NCBI GenBank assembly: GCA_031411295.1
Contig: JANOAV010000108.1
Location: forward strand, 1 to 38,558
Direction: 5' to 3'
Source: Verrucomicrobiales bacterium
GTDB taxonomy: Bacteria; Verrucomicrobiota; Verrucomicrobiia; Verrucomicrobiales; V1-33
Length of the DNA stretch: 38,558 bases
Shown here: piece by piece, positions 26,788-37,125 of the stretch
How positions within the stretch are numbered: position 1 is the stretch's first letter
Layout of the letters: the number at the start of each line of letters is the position of its first letter
Program-made: the position numbers and the translations under genes
Notes under the pieces: generated by a model
The model's input: the letters and a program-made list of their open reading frames with translations, nothing else
The model's database searches: none
Told to the model about the DNA's origin: nothing

Positions 26788-27750
26788 CTAACGTTTCTGC
26801 GATAACGCGAGGCGAAATCCAATGGTATAATCCCGCCGACCGGGCGAGCCGCCACTGCGGGCCGCCGCGCGTGCCACAGGAAGCGGCAGGCGCCAACTGC
26901 CGCCGCGCGCCATGCGAAAGTGTCCGAAGTCCGGTCCCTTGGGGTCAGTCTGCGGCCCATGCGGATAGGCATCATACCAATCTAGGCACCATTCCAGAAC
27001 GTTGCCACCCATGTCGTAGAGCCCCCAGTCATTGGGTTCCTTTTGTGCTACCGGATGCGTGGTTTCCCCGCTATTCTGGTCATACCAAGTCATGGCTTCG
27101 GCATCGCCCGGAAAGGCCTCCGTGGTCCCCGCGCGATAGGCATATTCCCACTGCGCCTCGGTGGGTAAAGTATAAACATAGCCCTCGGGAAGGCGCTTGG
27201 CGGCGCGCTCACGTTCGGTCAGTTTCTCGCAGAAGGCGACCGCATCGATCCAGGAGACCTGCTCCACGGGGGCTGTCTTGCCCGCTTCCACCAACCGACT
27301 CGGATTGGTTCCCATCAGGCCTTCATACTGCTCCTGCGTCACCTCGGTTTTTCCCAGCCAGAACCCCTTGGTTAAGGTCACTGCGAACGCTGGTCCTTCT
27401 GCCCGATGACGATCGGCTTCACCCAGCGGACTGCCCATGGTAAAGGTGCCCGATTTGATCCAAAGCAATTCTATATTGAGATCCGGAATGGTCTGATTGG
27501 GCTTTGTCTCTGGCGGTTCGGCGGGCTTGCTTGGCTCGGCCACCGGTTCTTCAGGTTCTCCTGGCACAGCAGCATCGGGTGTCTCGGCTGGGGCTGTTGG
27601 GGCGGGCTCGCTTGGTTCTGCGGGCTCTGCCCGGATTGGTAGAGAGCCGTATAGATAAATCAGGCCGAGCAGCACGGGGAGACCAGCCACGAAGCAGGGT
27701 CGGCAGAACTTTGCCGGGAAGGCAGTGGAAGTGCGCACACGTCGAAACAT
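26788..27750 (-). CDS. Formylglycine-generating-enzyme (SUMF1)-fold protein, membrane-anchored, probably non-catalytic
   Basis: 'GTFTMGSP', 'TEVTQEQY', 'PVEQVSW.DA..FC', 'LPTEAQWEYA', 'PNDWGLYDMGGNVLEWC.DWY', 'RGGSW', 'IGFR'; TM plus Pro/Glu linker. Start taken at ATG 27750 (uncertain). Confidence 0.88.
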   Translation of the reverse strand: MFRRVRTSTAFPAKFCRPCFVAGLPVLLGLIYLYGSLPIRAEPAEPSEPAPTAPAETPDAAVPGEPEEPVAEPSKPAEPPETKPNQTIPDLNIELLWIKSGTFTMGSPLGEADRHRAEGPAFAVTLTKGFWLGKTEVTQEQYEGLMGTNPSRLVEAGKTAPVEQVSWIDAVAFCEKLTERERAAKRLPEGYVYTLPTEAQWEYAYRAGTTEAFPGDAEAMTWYDQNSGETTHPVAQKEPNDWGLYDMGGNVLEWCLDWYDAYPHGPQTDPKGPDFGHFRMARGGSWRLPLPVARAAARSGGSPGRRDYTIGFRLALSQKR

Positions 27751-27892
27751 AAGATGGAAAGGATTTGGGAGCAGAGCAGAATCAGTGATATTAACCGCGG
27801 GGTAGAGTCGGGGGTGTTTCGTCTGAAGACCAGACTGATCTATGACATCTATTGACGAGTGATAAATGGAGGGATGGGTGGGTGATTTGAAA

Positions 27893-28215
27893 GTAGCCGT
27901 CATCGCTCCGCGTGACGGCCTTCGTCAAGGTGGGGGCACGAGTTCAGAGAAATGTCCCCTTGCGGAGTTCGATGGTCGTTTCTCGGCCAGCGCATGGGCA
28001 GGGAACCGTGCAGGTGTTGGGCTCGGGGATTTCAGCCGCACGGCGGATCGTGCTGGTCATCACGCGGAGCGATGATGACTACTTTTGTCCCCTTGCGGAG
28101 TTCGATGGTCGTTTCTCGGCCAGCGCATGGGCAGGGCATCCGGCGGGTGCTGGGCTCGGGGATTCCAACCGCACAGCGGATCGCGCTGGTCATCACGCGG
28201 AGCGATGATGACTAC
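27893..28215. repeat. GTAG-family REP cluster (one forward, two reverse copies; REPIN/BIME-like)
   Basis: GTAGCCGTCATCGCTCCGCGTGACGG at 27893-27918; reverse copies GTCATCACGCGGAGCGATGATGACTAC at 28056-28082 and 28189-28215. Confidence 0.85.
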
Positions 28216-28218
28216 TTT
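27953..28218 (+). repeat. 133-bp tandem direct duplication
   Basis: tgtccccttgcggagttcgatggtcgtttctcggccagcgcatgggcaggg...gatgactacttt at 27953-28085 and 28086-28218; ends identical, middle with scattered substitutions. Confidence 0.95.
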
Positions 28219-28275
28219 TTGGCAGTGGCCCCAGCCTGCGCTTGCATTGCCCGCCTCCAGCGGCACTCGTGGCTT

Positions 28276-29391
28276 ATGGCACAAGCAAGATATATCATGA
28301 TTGGCGGCTTCTTGGGAGCAGGGAAGACCACCGCGGTTTCCAAATTGGCGCAATACCTTACAGAGCAAGGGTTGCGCGTCGGATTAATTACCAACGATCA
28401 GGGTCGGGAGTTGGTGGATACGGCCATGCTTCGTTCGCTGGGATTTGCCACGGAGGAAATTTCAGGCGGGTGCTTCTGTTGTCGTTTTAATTCGTTGGTA
28501 GAAGCCGCGCAAAATTTGACGGCTGCCAACCGCCCGGATGTCATCATAGCCGAACCGGTGGGATCCTGCACAGATCTGGTGGCGACCGTGACCTATCCGC
28601 TGCGGCGGATTTATGGCGATCAATTTGCGGTGGCTCCGCTCAGCGTCATCGTCGATCCCGTGCGTGCCCAGCGGGTGTTCGGGCTGGCTGAGGGCGGGAA
28701 TTTTTCCGAGAAAGTCATCTATATTTACCGCAAGCAATTGGAGGAAGCGGACGTCATTGTCATTGGTAAATGTGATCTCATAGCAGCTGCGGCGTTGGAG
28801 GAATTAGCGTCCACCCTAACGACAGAATTTCCGCACGCCAAAGTGCTCAGCGCCTCCTCCCGCACGGGTGCCGGGCTGGAGGAGTGGTTCGAATTTCTGA
28901 TCAACGAGGAACAAGTCGCCCGCCGTGCGCTGGTGATGGATTACGAGATATATGCGGAGGGTGAGGCTATGTTAGGCTGGCTCAATGCCTCCGTGCGTTT
29001 GGAGGCGGATAGTGAATTGGAAGCTCCTGAAGTCCTGCCGGTGCTGGCGCGGGAAATGCAGCGTCGACTGGCAGCCCAAGGCGCGGAGATTGCGCATTTA
29101 AAGATGACCCTGAGTCCGGATGAAGCCATCGGCGGAGCCATTGCAGTGATCAATCTGGTGCGCAACGACTTCATTCCCGAGCTGTCAGCGGAACTCGAAG
29201 AACCCTTCTGCGGAGCGGATATCATCGTGAACCTTCGGGCCGAGGCGGAATCCAGCGTGCTCGCGGAGGTGCTGCAAGAATCGCTCCATGAGCTGAGCGT
29301 GCAACTCGGAGCCTACAGCCTAACCGCCAAGGTAGCCCACATAGAGCATTTCCAGCCCGGCAAACCTACGCCGACGCATCGCGATGTGTAA
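28276..29391 (+). CDS. CobW/COG0523-like G3E P-loop GTPase (metallochaperone)
   Basis: GGFLGAGKTT, 'ITNDQG', 'GGCFCC', 'AEPVGSC', 'KQLEEAD', 'KCD'. True start ATG 28276; the track's extension runs through the repeat. Confidence 0.9.
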   Translation: MAQARYIMIGGFLGAGKTTAVSKLAQYLTEQGLRVGLITNDQGRELVDTAMLRSLGFATEEISGGCFCCRFNSLVEAAQNLTAANRPDVIIAEPVGSCTDLVATVTYPLRRIYGDQFAVAPLSVIVDPVRAQRVFGLAEGGNFSEKVIYIYRKQLEEADVIVIGKCDLIAAAALEELASTLTTEFPHAKVLSASSRTGAGLEEWFEFLINEEQVARRALVMDYEIYAEGEAMLGWLNASVRLEADSELEAPEVLPVLAREMQRRLAAQGAEIAHLKMTLSPDEAIGGAIAVINLVRNDFIPELSAELEEPFCGADIIVNLRAEAESSVLAEVLQESLHELSVQLGAYSLTAKVAHIEHFQPGKPTPTHRDV

Positions 29392-29404
29392 TACAATCGC
29401 CAGG

Positions 29405-32400
29405 CTAGGGAGCGAGCATCTCTACCTGGGTTTTCATGAGTCTGCGGGGATGAGTGGCATCGACTGGGAGGGTGGCTTTGAGAACTTTGGTGGTGCTGGT
29501 TTCTGAAAGGGTCTGGAGAGTGAATTCGGTGGCGAACCAGGTGCTCAGATCGTCGGTCCAGAGAGGTTGCACCGTGACATCGCTGGCCAGCGGGTTGATG
29601 GCGTAAGTTAGGCTCATGGTAGTGGGGGAGATCTCAGTTTCGTAGAGGCTGAGGCTTCCGGCGGCGGAGGGATTGGCGTTGAAGGCATACTCGAGCAAAT
29701 TCTGCAGCCCATCCCGATCAGGATCTTCCGCTGGTCCGCTGATGCTGGGGCTGTTGGCGTCGAGTCCGAAGCTGCTGCGCTTCCACGAATCCAACGGTTG
29801 ATCGTCGAGCGTTAGGGTGGCGGGGCCGGAAGGATCGACTTGATACGCGGCGTTACGGGAGATGGTTAGCGTGATGGTTTCCGCGCCTTCACTGAGGGCG
29901 TCTGCCAGCGGGGAAATGGTGACGATGGCGGTAGTGGCCAGCGCTGGAATGCTGGCGGTGCCAGCGACGGACGTATAATCTACGCCGTTGGCGGCACTGC
30001 CGGTAAGGGTGAAATTTACGGTTATGGAATCACTGGTTGCGGTGGCTCGGCTTAGGGTGAAATTGCTGGGCACCAGATTCCGCTCGGCCGCATGGAGTGG
30101 GTTGGCGGTCACGCCGACGACTACGGGTTCGGTCACGGTAACGGTGACATCATCGAACGTGGTGGCCTGACCATCGCTGGCGCGCAATCGCAGCATGTAG
30201 GTTCCCACAGCACTGAAAGCAGCCGTAGGAGCGGGTTGGGCGGCATCAGAAAACGTCACGGTGCCGGGGCCGGAACGTTTGCCCCACGCCAGGGTGACTT
30301 GTCCGGGAGTCGTGGGTTTGGCATCATCGCTCGTGGAACCAGCGAGCGTTAGGCTTTGCGGAGCGAAGAGCAAGGAGTCACCCCCGGCGCTTACATTTGG
30401 AGCCATGTTAGGGGTGATGACCTGCACGTTGTCAAAACCCGCCGTGACTGAGGCGGCGGTGGAGGCATTGGTAACACTGAGTCCCATGAGGATGGGATTG
30501 GTCATGGTGATGGTTTGCGTGGTCCCTTGTTGGACCCAGGCCAGGGGAGTGGTGTCCGTGGAAACGTAGGCCTTAAAGGTATTTCCTGCCCGGACCATGC
30601 GCACCCAGCGCGGAGTGGAAGTTCCGGTAATATTGGTGTTCACGGTGATCCCGGCCACTCCCGTTGTGGTGCGATACACGAGGCTGCTGCGATTCGAGGT
30701 CACGGAGGAAAGCGCGTGCTGGGCATTGCTGGCAGTGGATCCCCGCATCATGACGCCGCAGCGCGTGCTGGTGCCGCCATTGGTCAGGCTGGTCAGGCGG
30801 GCGATGATTTCCCCGTCGCCTGGCAGGCTACGATACACGAAGAAATTTCCATCGGTAGTGCCGGTGGTGACTCCACCGCCGGATCCCGTGACACTGTAAA
30901 CGCCGCCGCTCTGGGTGAACGATCCCGGCCGCGTCGAGGCGTCTCCCACATCGGCGGATTGCCAAGGCACGGGTTCCACACTGACTCTGATATCACTGAC
31001 CGTGGTGAGCAGGGTGTCGTTTGCGCTGAGGCGCAGCACATACTCGCCCGGTTGTGAAAAGACCGCTCCGGTGCTGACTTGGGCGGCATCATCGAAGGTC
31101 ACACTCCCAGGGCCGGAGAGCATGGTCCAAGTGGCGGTCAAAGGAGCATTTGCCGGCAGGGCATCGTCCGTGACGTTTGTTTGCAACCACAGCCCCACTT
31201 GCGCATTCGGCAGGCGGGCGAGGCCACCGATGGGCGAAACGATGCTGATAGTGGGGGCGGCGTTTTCGTTATCGATAATCGTAAGCGTGGCCGAAAACGG
31301 GGGGGAGATAACATAGTTCCCTGAGCCTGCGGAGCCACCGCCAACGGTTCCCTGGCCGCCGAGGGAAACGATCACAGTCTCGTTCGCATCGCTAATGACA
31401 TCATCGACAGGTGTCACGATCACCTCCACCGATGCAACCCCGGCAGCCAGGGCCACGGTCGCAGGCAAGGCGATGTAATCCGTGCCGCTGGTGGCGGTCC
31501 CGGTGGCTGTAAGCGCAACCTCAAGTGCCAGCGCGAGATTTCCGGTGCGGGTGATCGTGAGGGTTCCGGGATCAGGCCCTGCTTCGCCCACGACCGCATC
31601 GGTTGCGGCTATGCTCACGTAGGCTTGATCGTCATCCGTGATGGTGATCACATGCGTAAAGGGCGCGCTGAGGGAAGCTCCGATGGCGTTGCTGAGCGTC
31701 AGGGTTAGCGTTTCGGTGGACTCAGGCAGGCCATCATCAACGATCGGCACGGTGATTTGCGCGGAGGTCTGTCCGGTCGCAATGGTCAACGTGCCTGCGC
31801 CTCCGGTGTAATCTCCCCCGACACTGGCGGTGCCCGCCGTGACGCTGTAATCGACTGTGACCGGGTAGGACTGGGCGGAAGAAAGATTCACGGTTATGAC
31901 GGACGCAGCGCTGGGTCCCTCGGTAATCGCACTTGTGGCTTGAGCGAAATTGAGCAATGGCTCGGGACTCAGATCATCGCTCGTAATGGTGAGGGTATAG
32001 GTATTGCTAGTGAGTCGAGCTGCGCCCAAACAATTCCGCAGCGTCAGCACCACATTTTTTGATGGCTCGACAAAGGGATCGTCCCGCAGCGTGAGTGGGA
32101 TGGTCTTGGCGGTCTCGCCAGCGGCAAAGGTCAGGAGGCCCGGAGTAAAACTATAGTCCACGCCTCCGCCGGTGGCAGTGCTGCTGGAGATGACGTATTC
32201 CACGGTAATGGGGGAGGTAGCGCTGGTGGACAAGGCTACCGGTAGATTGAGGGTGCCCGCCGTTTCCGCTACTGTGCTGGCCGTGATGGAGAAACGCAGC
32301 GTTCTGGTGAGCGAGGCGTTTTGGCTATCGGAGATAAAGAGCGTCGCGCTCGGCACGCGGGAGCCATAAGTGCCCGCGCTCGACTGCATGGTCAGGGTGA

Positions 32401-35400
32401 TTTCCTCCGTGCCTTCCACCGCTGCATCCGCCAAAGTGGTGATGCCCAGCAGGATGCCAGCGGCTCCAGCGGGAATCGTCACCGAGATCCCGGGATCGCT
32501 GTAATCCAAGCCCACGGTGGCGAGGCCACTCAGCGTGTAATTTACCGTCAAGGCGGCGGTGGTGCTGCCGGATCGGCTCAGGTAGAATCCGCCGCTGGAG
32601 CCTTCGGACAGGGTGGTTGCGGTGTCGTAAGTCACGCTGACCATCGGTTGATCGTCGTCGTTGATTAGAATGGTGGCAGCACGATCCAGCGTCGTGGTAT
32701 AGGCTGCATCCGGCGTTAGGGTGATGGTAACGCTTTCAGCATCCTCGGGATCGGTGTCTTGCAGCGGTGTTAGGGTGATGGTGGCGGAGCCACCGGCCTT
32801 GGTGACACTGACCGAGCCGGTCAACGCGGTATAGTCTGTGCCAGCGGTGGCCGTGCCGGACACTGTGTAATTTACGGTCACGGCACCACTGCCGGTCCCC
32901 GCACTGTTGATGCGGAACGTGCCGAGGCCACCGTTCTCGGCACAATCTCCATCACTGGCCACCAGCGAGATCATGGGTAAATCATTATCCGCGATATTGA
33001 CCGTCGCGCTGGCAGTGCCGATGAGGTATTTGGGCTCGCTGCGCAGCGTTATGATGACGGATTGTGAAGCCTCTCCGATGGCATCATCAAAAGGATAAAT
33101 TACGATCGGGGCGCTGGCTTGACCGGCCGGAATTGAGAGCGTGCCGGTCAGGCTGGCGTAGTCCACCCCTTGCAAGGCGGAGCCACTGACGGCGTATTCC
33201 ACCTGCAAAGCCGCCGTCGTAGCTCCGGTGCGGGTCACGGTAAACATGCCCACATCCTGCCCAGCCTCCGCGGCGGTGGCATCGGTCGCAGTGATCGCAA
33301 TCGTGGGGATGTTCGCATCCAGAATCTGCAGGGTGGTTGTTAACGCCGCCGGGTCCCGCAAGTAGGCCGCACCGTTGAGCAGATTGATCACCACCGTCTC
33401 CGTGCCCTCGATCGCAGCATCGGTCAAGGGAGTTAGCGTCAGGCTAGTTTCCGCAGCGTCCGCAGGAAAGGTGATCGTGGTCGGCAGGGCCGTGAAATCC
33501 TGCCCACTCGCGGCGGTGCCAGCACCCAGGCCGATCGTGACGGTGAGGGCGTTGCTGGGGTTGCCGGTGCGTCGGAGTATGACAATGGCTGGATCGCCTG
33601 CTTCACTGGCCTGAGCATCCAGGGGGACCAGCGAAATCACGGGCAACGTCGTGTCCAGATCATCAATCGTGATCGTGGCCTTGGTGGCCCCCTGCGTGGC
33701 ATAGCCGCTGCCCGGCACCAGCGTCAGTCCCGCCAGCTCAGGGCCTTCGATGGCAGAATCGCCTGCGGGTGTTAGGATGACGTCCAGCGTGCTTTGTCCT
33801 GCGGGAATGGTGAAATTATACTGCCCCAGATTTGCCGTCGGTGCTGGGCTGAGTGTGTAATCGGTAATGTAAACTGCCCCGCCGCTCAGTTGTGCCCGCA
33901 GCACCAATGCACTGCTGGTGCTGCCAGTGCGCGTGAAGCGGAAGGTGCCCGTTTCCGTGGTCGCCACACTGCCCTCCACTGCCGTGGCGTCCACTGCCGT
34001 CACCGTTACGTTAGTGCTCGGAGTGCCGTTAAAATCAGCTCCGGCGGCTGCGAAAGTCCAGTTCGGTAAATTTGCCGCGAGTGTGTAACCCGCCGTCAGA
34101 TTGGTGACGGTGAATGCCCCCATCGAGTCCGTCAGGCTGCCCCGGTAGGACGTTCCGGTGCTGCCATTGCCAACCCGCACGCCGACCATCGGTGCCCCCA
34201 GATCATCATAGACATGTCCGCTGGCCAGGAGGGTGGTCGGGGATCCAACGGTAATCAAAATCGCGGAGGCGGCCACCTGACCCTTCATATCGCTGACTTC
34301 ACAGCGCACCCAATAGTTACCAGCAGTCGGCCAACTCTTCGTAACCGAGGCGCTGTTTGCGCCTAGGGTTCGGTCGCCAAAGTCCCAGGCATAGGCCAGC
34401 GCATCACTGTCAGGATCCGATGCCGTGGTCGTTAGGGTTATCGCAACTCCGGTCCCTGGCGTAAGATTCGTGGCCCCCAACGAGCTGATCACCGGAGCTT
34501 GATTGGTGAGAAACAGGCCCAGGTTCACCTGCACATCCAATGACTCCGGCGTGGTTCCCCCTTTTCCTACCACCGTGCAGTGAATGCCAGCCTCGCGATC
34601 ACTGAACGTTTTCCCAATCACAATGCCCGCATCATCCTTGCCATCTGGCGAACTGGGCGTGGTGTCCAGCAACTGCGCGCCACCATTGCTGCCGGAGGCG
34701 GTATTGTCGGTGGCGGTATCGCCCCAAGGTCCCCAGCAGAGTTGCAGGCCGTTCATGAGCCAGGGATTACTCGTGAATTTCTGCCGAAACTCCGCCCAGT
34801 AAGTGCGCTGGGCATCCTTCCGGAAATTGAGCGCATACCGTAAGCTGGGATTCAGCACCGGCTGATCGATTTGATGAATCCGGTATAACCCGCTGGTGGT
34901 CAGGTTGGTGTAATTGCTATTGGGCAGCCAATTAAGCGACGTGCGGTGCTGGGCGTTGAAATGATAGGCACCAGCACTCGCAGACCCCATGGTATCGAAG
35001 CTATGGCCATACTCCGAATTCTGCCCGGAGCCGATGGTGCTCGCGGGGGAGGTGCTCCAATAGTTGGCGTGCCACAGACCGAGATTGTGACCGAATTCAT
35101 GAACCGCTACGCCCACTGACGAATTCTTCAACCACGTCCCTGAGCCTCCGACGTAACCCTGCCCACTGAAGCTCCCTGGCCCGTTGTAGCGCACGGCGTA
35201 AAGATCATACGCTCCACTATCAAACCCAGCTTCCTTGGCTGCGGATCTGGCGTCCGAGAGCACCGCGTAAGCCGAACCGTCAGTGTTGTTGTAGTTATAC
35301 CAGTCCAGCGTGTGCGGCAGCATGATCAGCGGGGTCACGGTATTCAGGAAATAGCATTTCCCGTAACTGACCTCGGCCATGAACTCGCTAACAGATCGCA

Positions 35401-36364
35401 TCATAACATAGGCATCGACCTCCGACTGCGGTTCCGTGGGGTTGTCCGGAAAGATGGCCCGAATGTAGAGCACCTTGCGTGGACCCGTCGTCCAGGAACT
35501 GGGAATCGCCCCAGTCGGCTTGGCCGCTCCGCCCGAGCTGCCCTCCTTGGCGACCAGTCCATCTTTCATGGCTAGGAAATGACCGCCGTGGCAGAGATAA
35601 ATGATTTGCGGTCCAACCTCCGCCGCTGGCGTGTCCGGGCTAATGGCGGGGAGATCGCCTGCCGCGTTGCGTTCCACCACGGTCGATTTGCCGGAAATGG
35701 GGCAGGTTTGCACAATCTCCTTGGTCGTGTTAGGTCGCTCGCCTGGTTCCATTTCGCGCAGTGGGCTTTCATCCAGCGCCAGCTTGCCATCGATGGCTAC
35801 GCCTACGAAATTCAGGCGCTCGGTGGTCCGCTGCGCAGCCCGCCGACCATACACAAACGTCTCAAAAGTTCGTCCAGCGATCTCAGCGATCCTTCGAATG
35901 CCAGTGCCCGTGCCATTGCCTTCCTGGACCAACCCCAGCACGCCGAAGAATCCTTCGGCGTTAATTCGTTCTTCCAGTAACCGGGTGATTTCTTCCGGTA
36001 AATCCTGCCGCACCACCATCGGAATCGCCTGCGCCAAGGCGGCCTGGGGATTCTCTTGGATCAATGGCAGCATCGCCAAGCGATGCTCGTTGGCCAGTTG
36101 CGTCCCTTCTGTTAGCAAGCTCAGCCGACGTTCCGTCGTCTCAGCAAAATACCGCTGCGCCCACGTCCGAAACGCCGCCGTGGCCGGCATCAGGTTGGCC
36201 GTCGTCCGCTCGAGTGTTTCCTCATTCTGCTCCGCAGGCTCTCTCCCGCCAGTTTCTCCCGCCACGGAGGGCACCGCTGGCGTGCCCCGTTGTGCTTGTC
36301 TCAGCCAGAGCACGGCAGCCAACAGCAGGCAGGAACTGATGAGCCAAAATCGGAAGCGTTTCAT
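29405..36364 (-). CDS. Giant secreted metalloprotease (M11/M6-like) with PKD, many Calx-beta repeats, lectin-like domain and shared C-terminal domain
   Basis: N-terminal signal/anchor MKRFRFWLISSCLLLAAVLWL; HEFGHNLGLWH and 'DTMG' Met-turn; 'YAWDFGD' PKD; repeated 'A.E..G.F...R.G....L.V....G.A..G.DY...D...EG.E' Calx-beta; C-terminal DPDRDGLQNLLEYAF. Start ATG 36364. Confidence 0.9.
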   Translation of the reverse strand: MKRFRFWLISSCLLLAAVLWLRQAQRGTPAVPSVAGETGGREPAEQNEETLERTTANLMPATAAFRTWAQRYFAETTERRLSLLTEGTQLANEHRLAMLPLIQENPQAALAQAIPMVVRQDLPEEITRLLEERINAEGFFGVLGLVQEGNGTGTGIRRIAEIAGRTFETFVYGRRAAQRTTERLNFVGVAIDGKLALDESPLREMEPGERPNTTKEIVQTCPISGKSTVVERNAAGDLPAISPDTPAAEVGPQIIYLCHGGHFLAMKDGLVAKEGSSGGAAKPTGAIPSSWTTGPRKVLYIRAIFPDNPTEPQSEVDAYVMMRSVSEFMAEVSYGKCYFLNTVTPLIMLPHTLDWYNYNNTDGSAYAVLSDARSAAKEAGFDSGAYDLYAVRYNGPGSFSGQGYVGGSGTWLKNSSVGVAVHEFGHNLGLWHANYWSTSPASTIGSGQNSEYGHSFDTMGSASAGAYHFNAQHRTSLNWLPNSNYTNLTTSGLYRIHQIDQPVLNPSLRYALNFRKDAQRTYWAEFRQKFTSNPWLMNGLQLCWGPWGDTATDNTASGSNGGAQLLDTTPSSPDGKDDAGIVIGKTFSDREAGIHCTVVGKGGTTPESLDVQVNLGLFLTNQAPVISSLGATNLTPGTGVAITLTTTASDPDSDALAYAWDFGDRTLGANSASVTKSWPTAGNYWVRCEVSDMKGQVAASAILITVGSPTTLLASGHVYDDLGAPMVGVRVGNGSTGTSYRGSLTDSMGAFTVTNLTAGYTLAANLPNWTFAAAGADFNGTPSTNVTVTAVDATAVEGSVATTETGTFRFTRTGSTSSALVLRAQLSGGAVYITDYTLSPAPTANLGQYNFTIPAGQSTLDVILTPAGDSAIEGPELAGLTLVPGSGYATQGATKATITIDDLDTTLPVISLVPLDAQASEAGDPAIVILRRTGNPSNALTVTIGLGAGTAASGQDFTALPTTITFPADAAETSLTLTPLTDAAIEGTETVVINLLNGAAYLRDPAALTTTLQILDANIPTIAITATDATAAEAGQDVGMFTVTRTGATTAALQVEYAVSGSALQGVDYASLTGTLSIPAGQASAPIVIYPFDDAIGEASQSVIITLRSEPKYLIGTASATVNIADNDLPMISLVASDGDCAENGGLGTFRINSAGTGSGAVTVNYTVSGTATAGTDYTALTGSVSVTKAGGSATITLTPLQDTDPEDAESVTITLTPDAAYTTTLDRAATILINDDDQPMVSVTYDTATTLSEGSSGGFYLSRSGSTTAALTVNYTLSGLATVGLDYSDPGISVTIPAGAAGILLGITTLADAAVEGTEEITLTMQSSAGTYGSRVPSATLFISDSQNASLTRTLRFSITASTVAETAGTLNLPVALSTSATSPITVEYVISSSTATGGGVDYSFTPGLLTFAAGETAKTIPLTLRDDPFVEPSKNVVLTLRNCLGAARLTSNTYTLTITSDDLSPEPLLNFAQATSAITEGPSAASVITVNLSSAQSYPVTVDYSVTAGTASVGGDYTGGAGTLTIATGQTSAQITVPIVDDGLPESTETLTLTLSNAIGASLSAPFTHVITITDDDQAYVSIAATDAVVGEAGPDPGTLTITRTGNLALALEVALTATGTATSGTDYIALPATVALAAGVASVEVIVTPVDDVISDANETVIVSLGGQGTVGGGSAGSGNYVISPPFSATLTIIDNENAAPTISIVSPIGGLARLPNAQVGLWLQTNVTDDALPANAPLTATWTMLSGPGSVTFDDAAQVSTGAVFSQPGEYVLRLSANDTLLTTVSDIRVSVEPVPWQSADVGDASTRPGSFTQSGGVYSVTGSGGGVTTGTTDGNFFVYRSLPGDGEIIARLTSLTNGGTSTRCGVMMRGSTASNAQHALSSVTSNRSSLVYRTTTGVAGITVNTNITGTSTPRWVRMVRAGNTFKAYVSTDTTPLAWVQQGTTQTITMTNPILMGLSVTNASTAASVTAGFDNVQVITPNMAPNVSAGGDSLLFAPQSLTLAGSTSDDAKPTTPGQVTLAWGKRSGPGTVTFSDAAQPAPTAAFSAVGTYMLRLRASDGQATTFDDVTVTVTEPVVVGVTANPLHAAERNLVPSNFTLSRATATSDSITVNFTLTGSAANGVDYTSVAGTASIPALATTAIVTISPLADALSEGAETITLTISRNAAYQVDPSGPATLTLDDQPLDSWKRSSFGLDANSPSISGPAEDPDRDGLQNLLEYAFNANPSAAGSLSLYETEISPTTMSLTYAINPLASDVTVQPLWTDDLSTWFATEFTLQTLSETSTTKVLKATLPVDATHPRRLMKTQVEMLAP

Positions 36365-36561
36365 GAGCAGGTGTGAAAGTAACGGGGTGGGGGAAGTAAG
36401 GTCGGAATTCTGGAATTTATAAGACAAATCGTAAAATGAGAAGCAGGAAATCATTTTGGAGACGAAATGTTTTCCTGATTCCAACGTATCTGAAGCGCGA
36501 CCATGGCGTGCAATTTACGCCTGCCGAGTTGCGAAAACTGAATTTCCACTTACGCTATCCC

Positions 36562-37113
36562 ATGCGAATCCTCCCATCTATCAAAGTCGTTGTTTTGAGC
36601 GTCCTCTCTGCTATGCTCGCCAGTTGTGCCACCGGTCCAGACTATACCTCTGGCAATCAACGGCCCTACGTGCCGCGTGTTTCCCTGCCCGACCCAGGCA
36701 GCCTGAGCGCCAACGAGCGACGCTACCTGCCCGAGGTGGAGAATGCCTTGGAAGACGCAGGCTACCGCCCCACTCAGGGCGAGGCTGAGTATCGCCTGCA
36801 CATTCATTTGGAAGACGGTCCCATCAATGCCGACAGTCATTTAACCATGTTCCGGGGTTCCTCAGAAATTGCCCGGGCCAATGCCCGCGTTGGTGGTGCC
36901 ACCATGGTGTTCCGTCGGCAGCAATTCGTGAATGAATCCTTTCAGAAATGCCTGAGTGATTTCGTGGTGCAGATTCCCCGCGTGGGAACAGGCCGCAGTT
37001 ATAACGGTGGTCCTGGTTATGGGGAGTCGCTGGATCGTCGCTACCCCACACCCACGGATCGTTATGAAACCCACGCCCCAGAGCCTCAAGCCGAATGGCA
37101 ACGCGGTTGGTAG
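36562..37113 (+). CDS. Hypothetical lipoprotein
   Basis: MRILPSIKVVVLSVLSAMLAS-C lipobox from ATG 36562. Confidence 0.8.
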   Translation: MRILPSIKVVVLSVLSAMLASCATGPDYTSGNQRPYVPRVSLPDPGSLSANERRYLPEVENALEDAGYRPTQGEAEYRLHIHLEDGPINADSHLTMFRGSSEIARANARVGGATMVFRRQQFVNESFQKCLSDFVVQIPRVGTGRSYNGGPGYGESLDRRYPTPTDRYETHAPEPQAEWQRGW

Positions 37114-37125
37114 TCTCTCCCGCTA

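Noticed and set aside
26788..26910. FGE-fold C-terminus as a diversity-generating retroelement variable region
   Set aside because: No reverse transcriptase, and I saw no second adenine-variant copy (template repeat) in the window; a remote DGR cannot be excluded.
26788..27750. FGE-fold protein as the maturase of the nearby sulfatase
   Set aside because: It lacks the catalytic Cys pair after RGGS (reads RGGSWRLPLPVAR).
27953..28218. Possible CRISPR array
   Set aside because: Only two 133-bp units, the 'spacers' are near-identical, and no cas genes; it is a REP-containing tandem duplication.
27952..28275. Repeated N-terminal extension of the GTPase and small ORFs in this interval
   Set aside because: Read-through of non-coding REP repeats; the GTPase fold starts at 28276.
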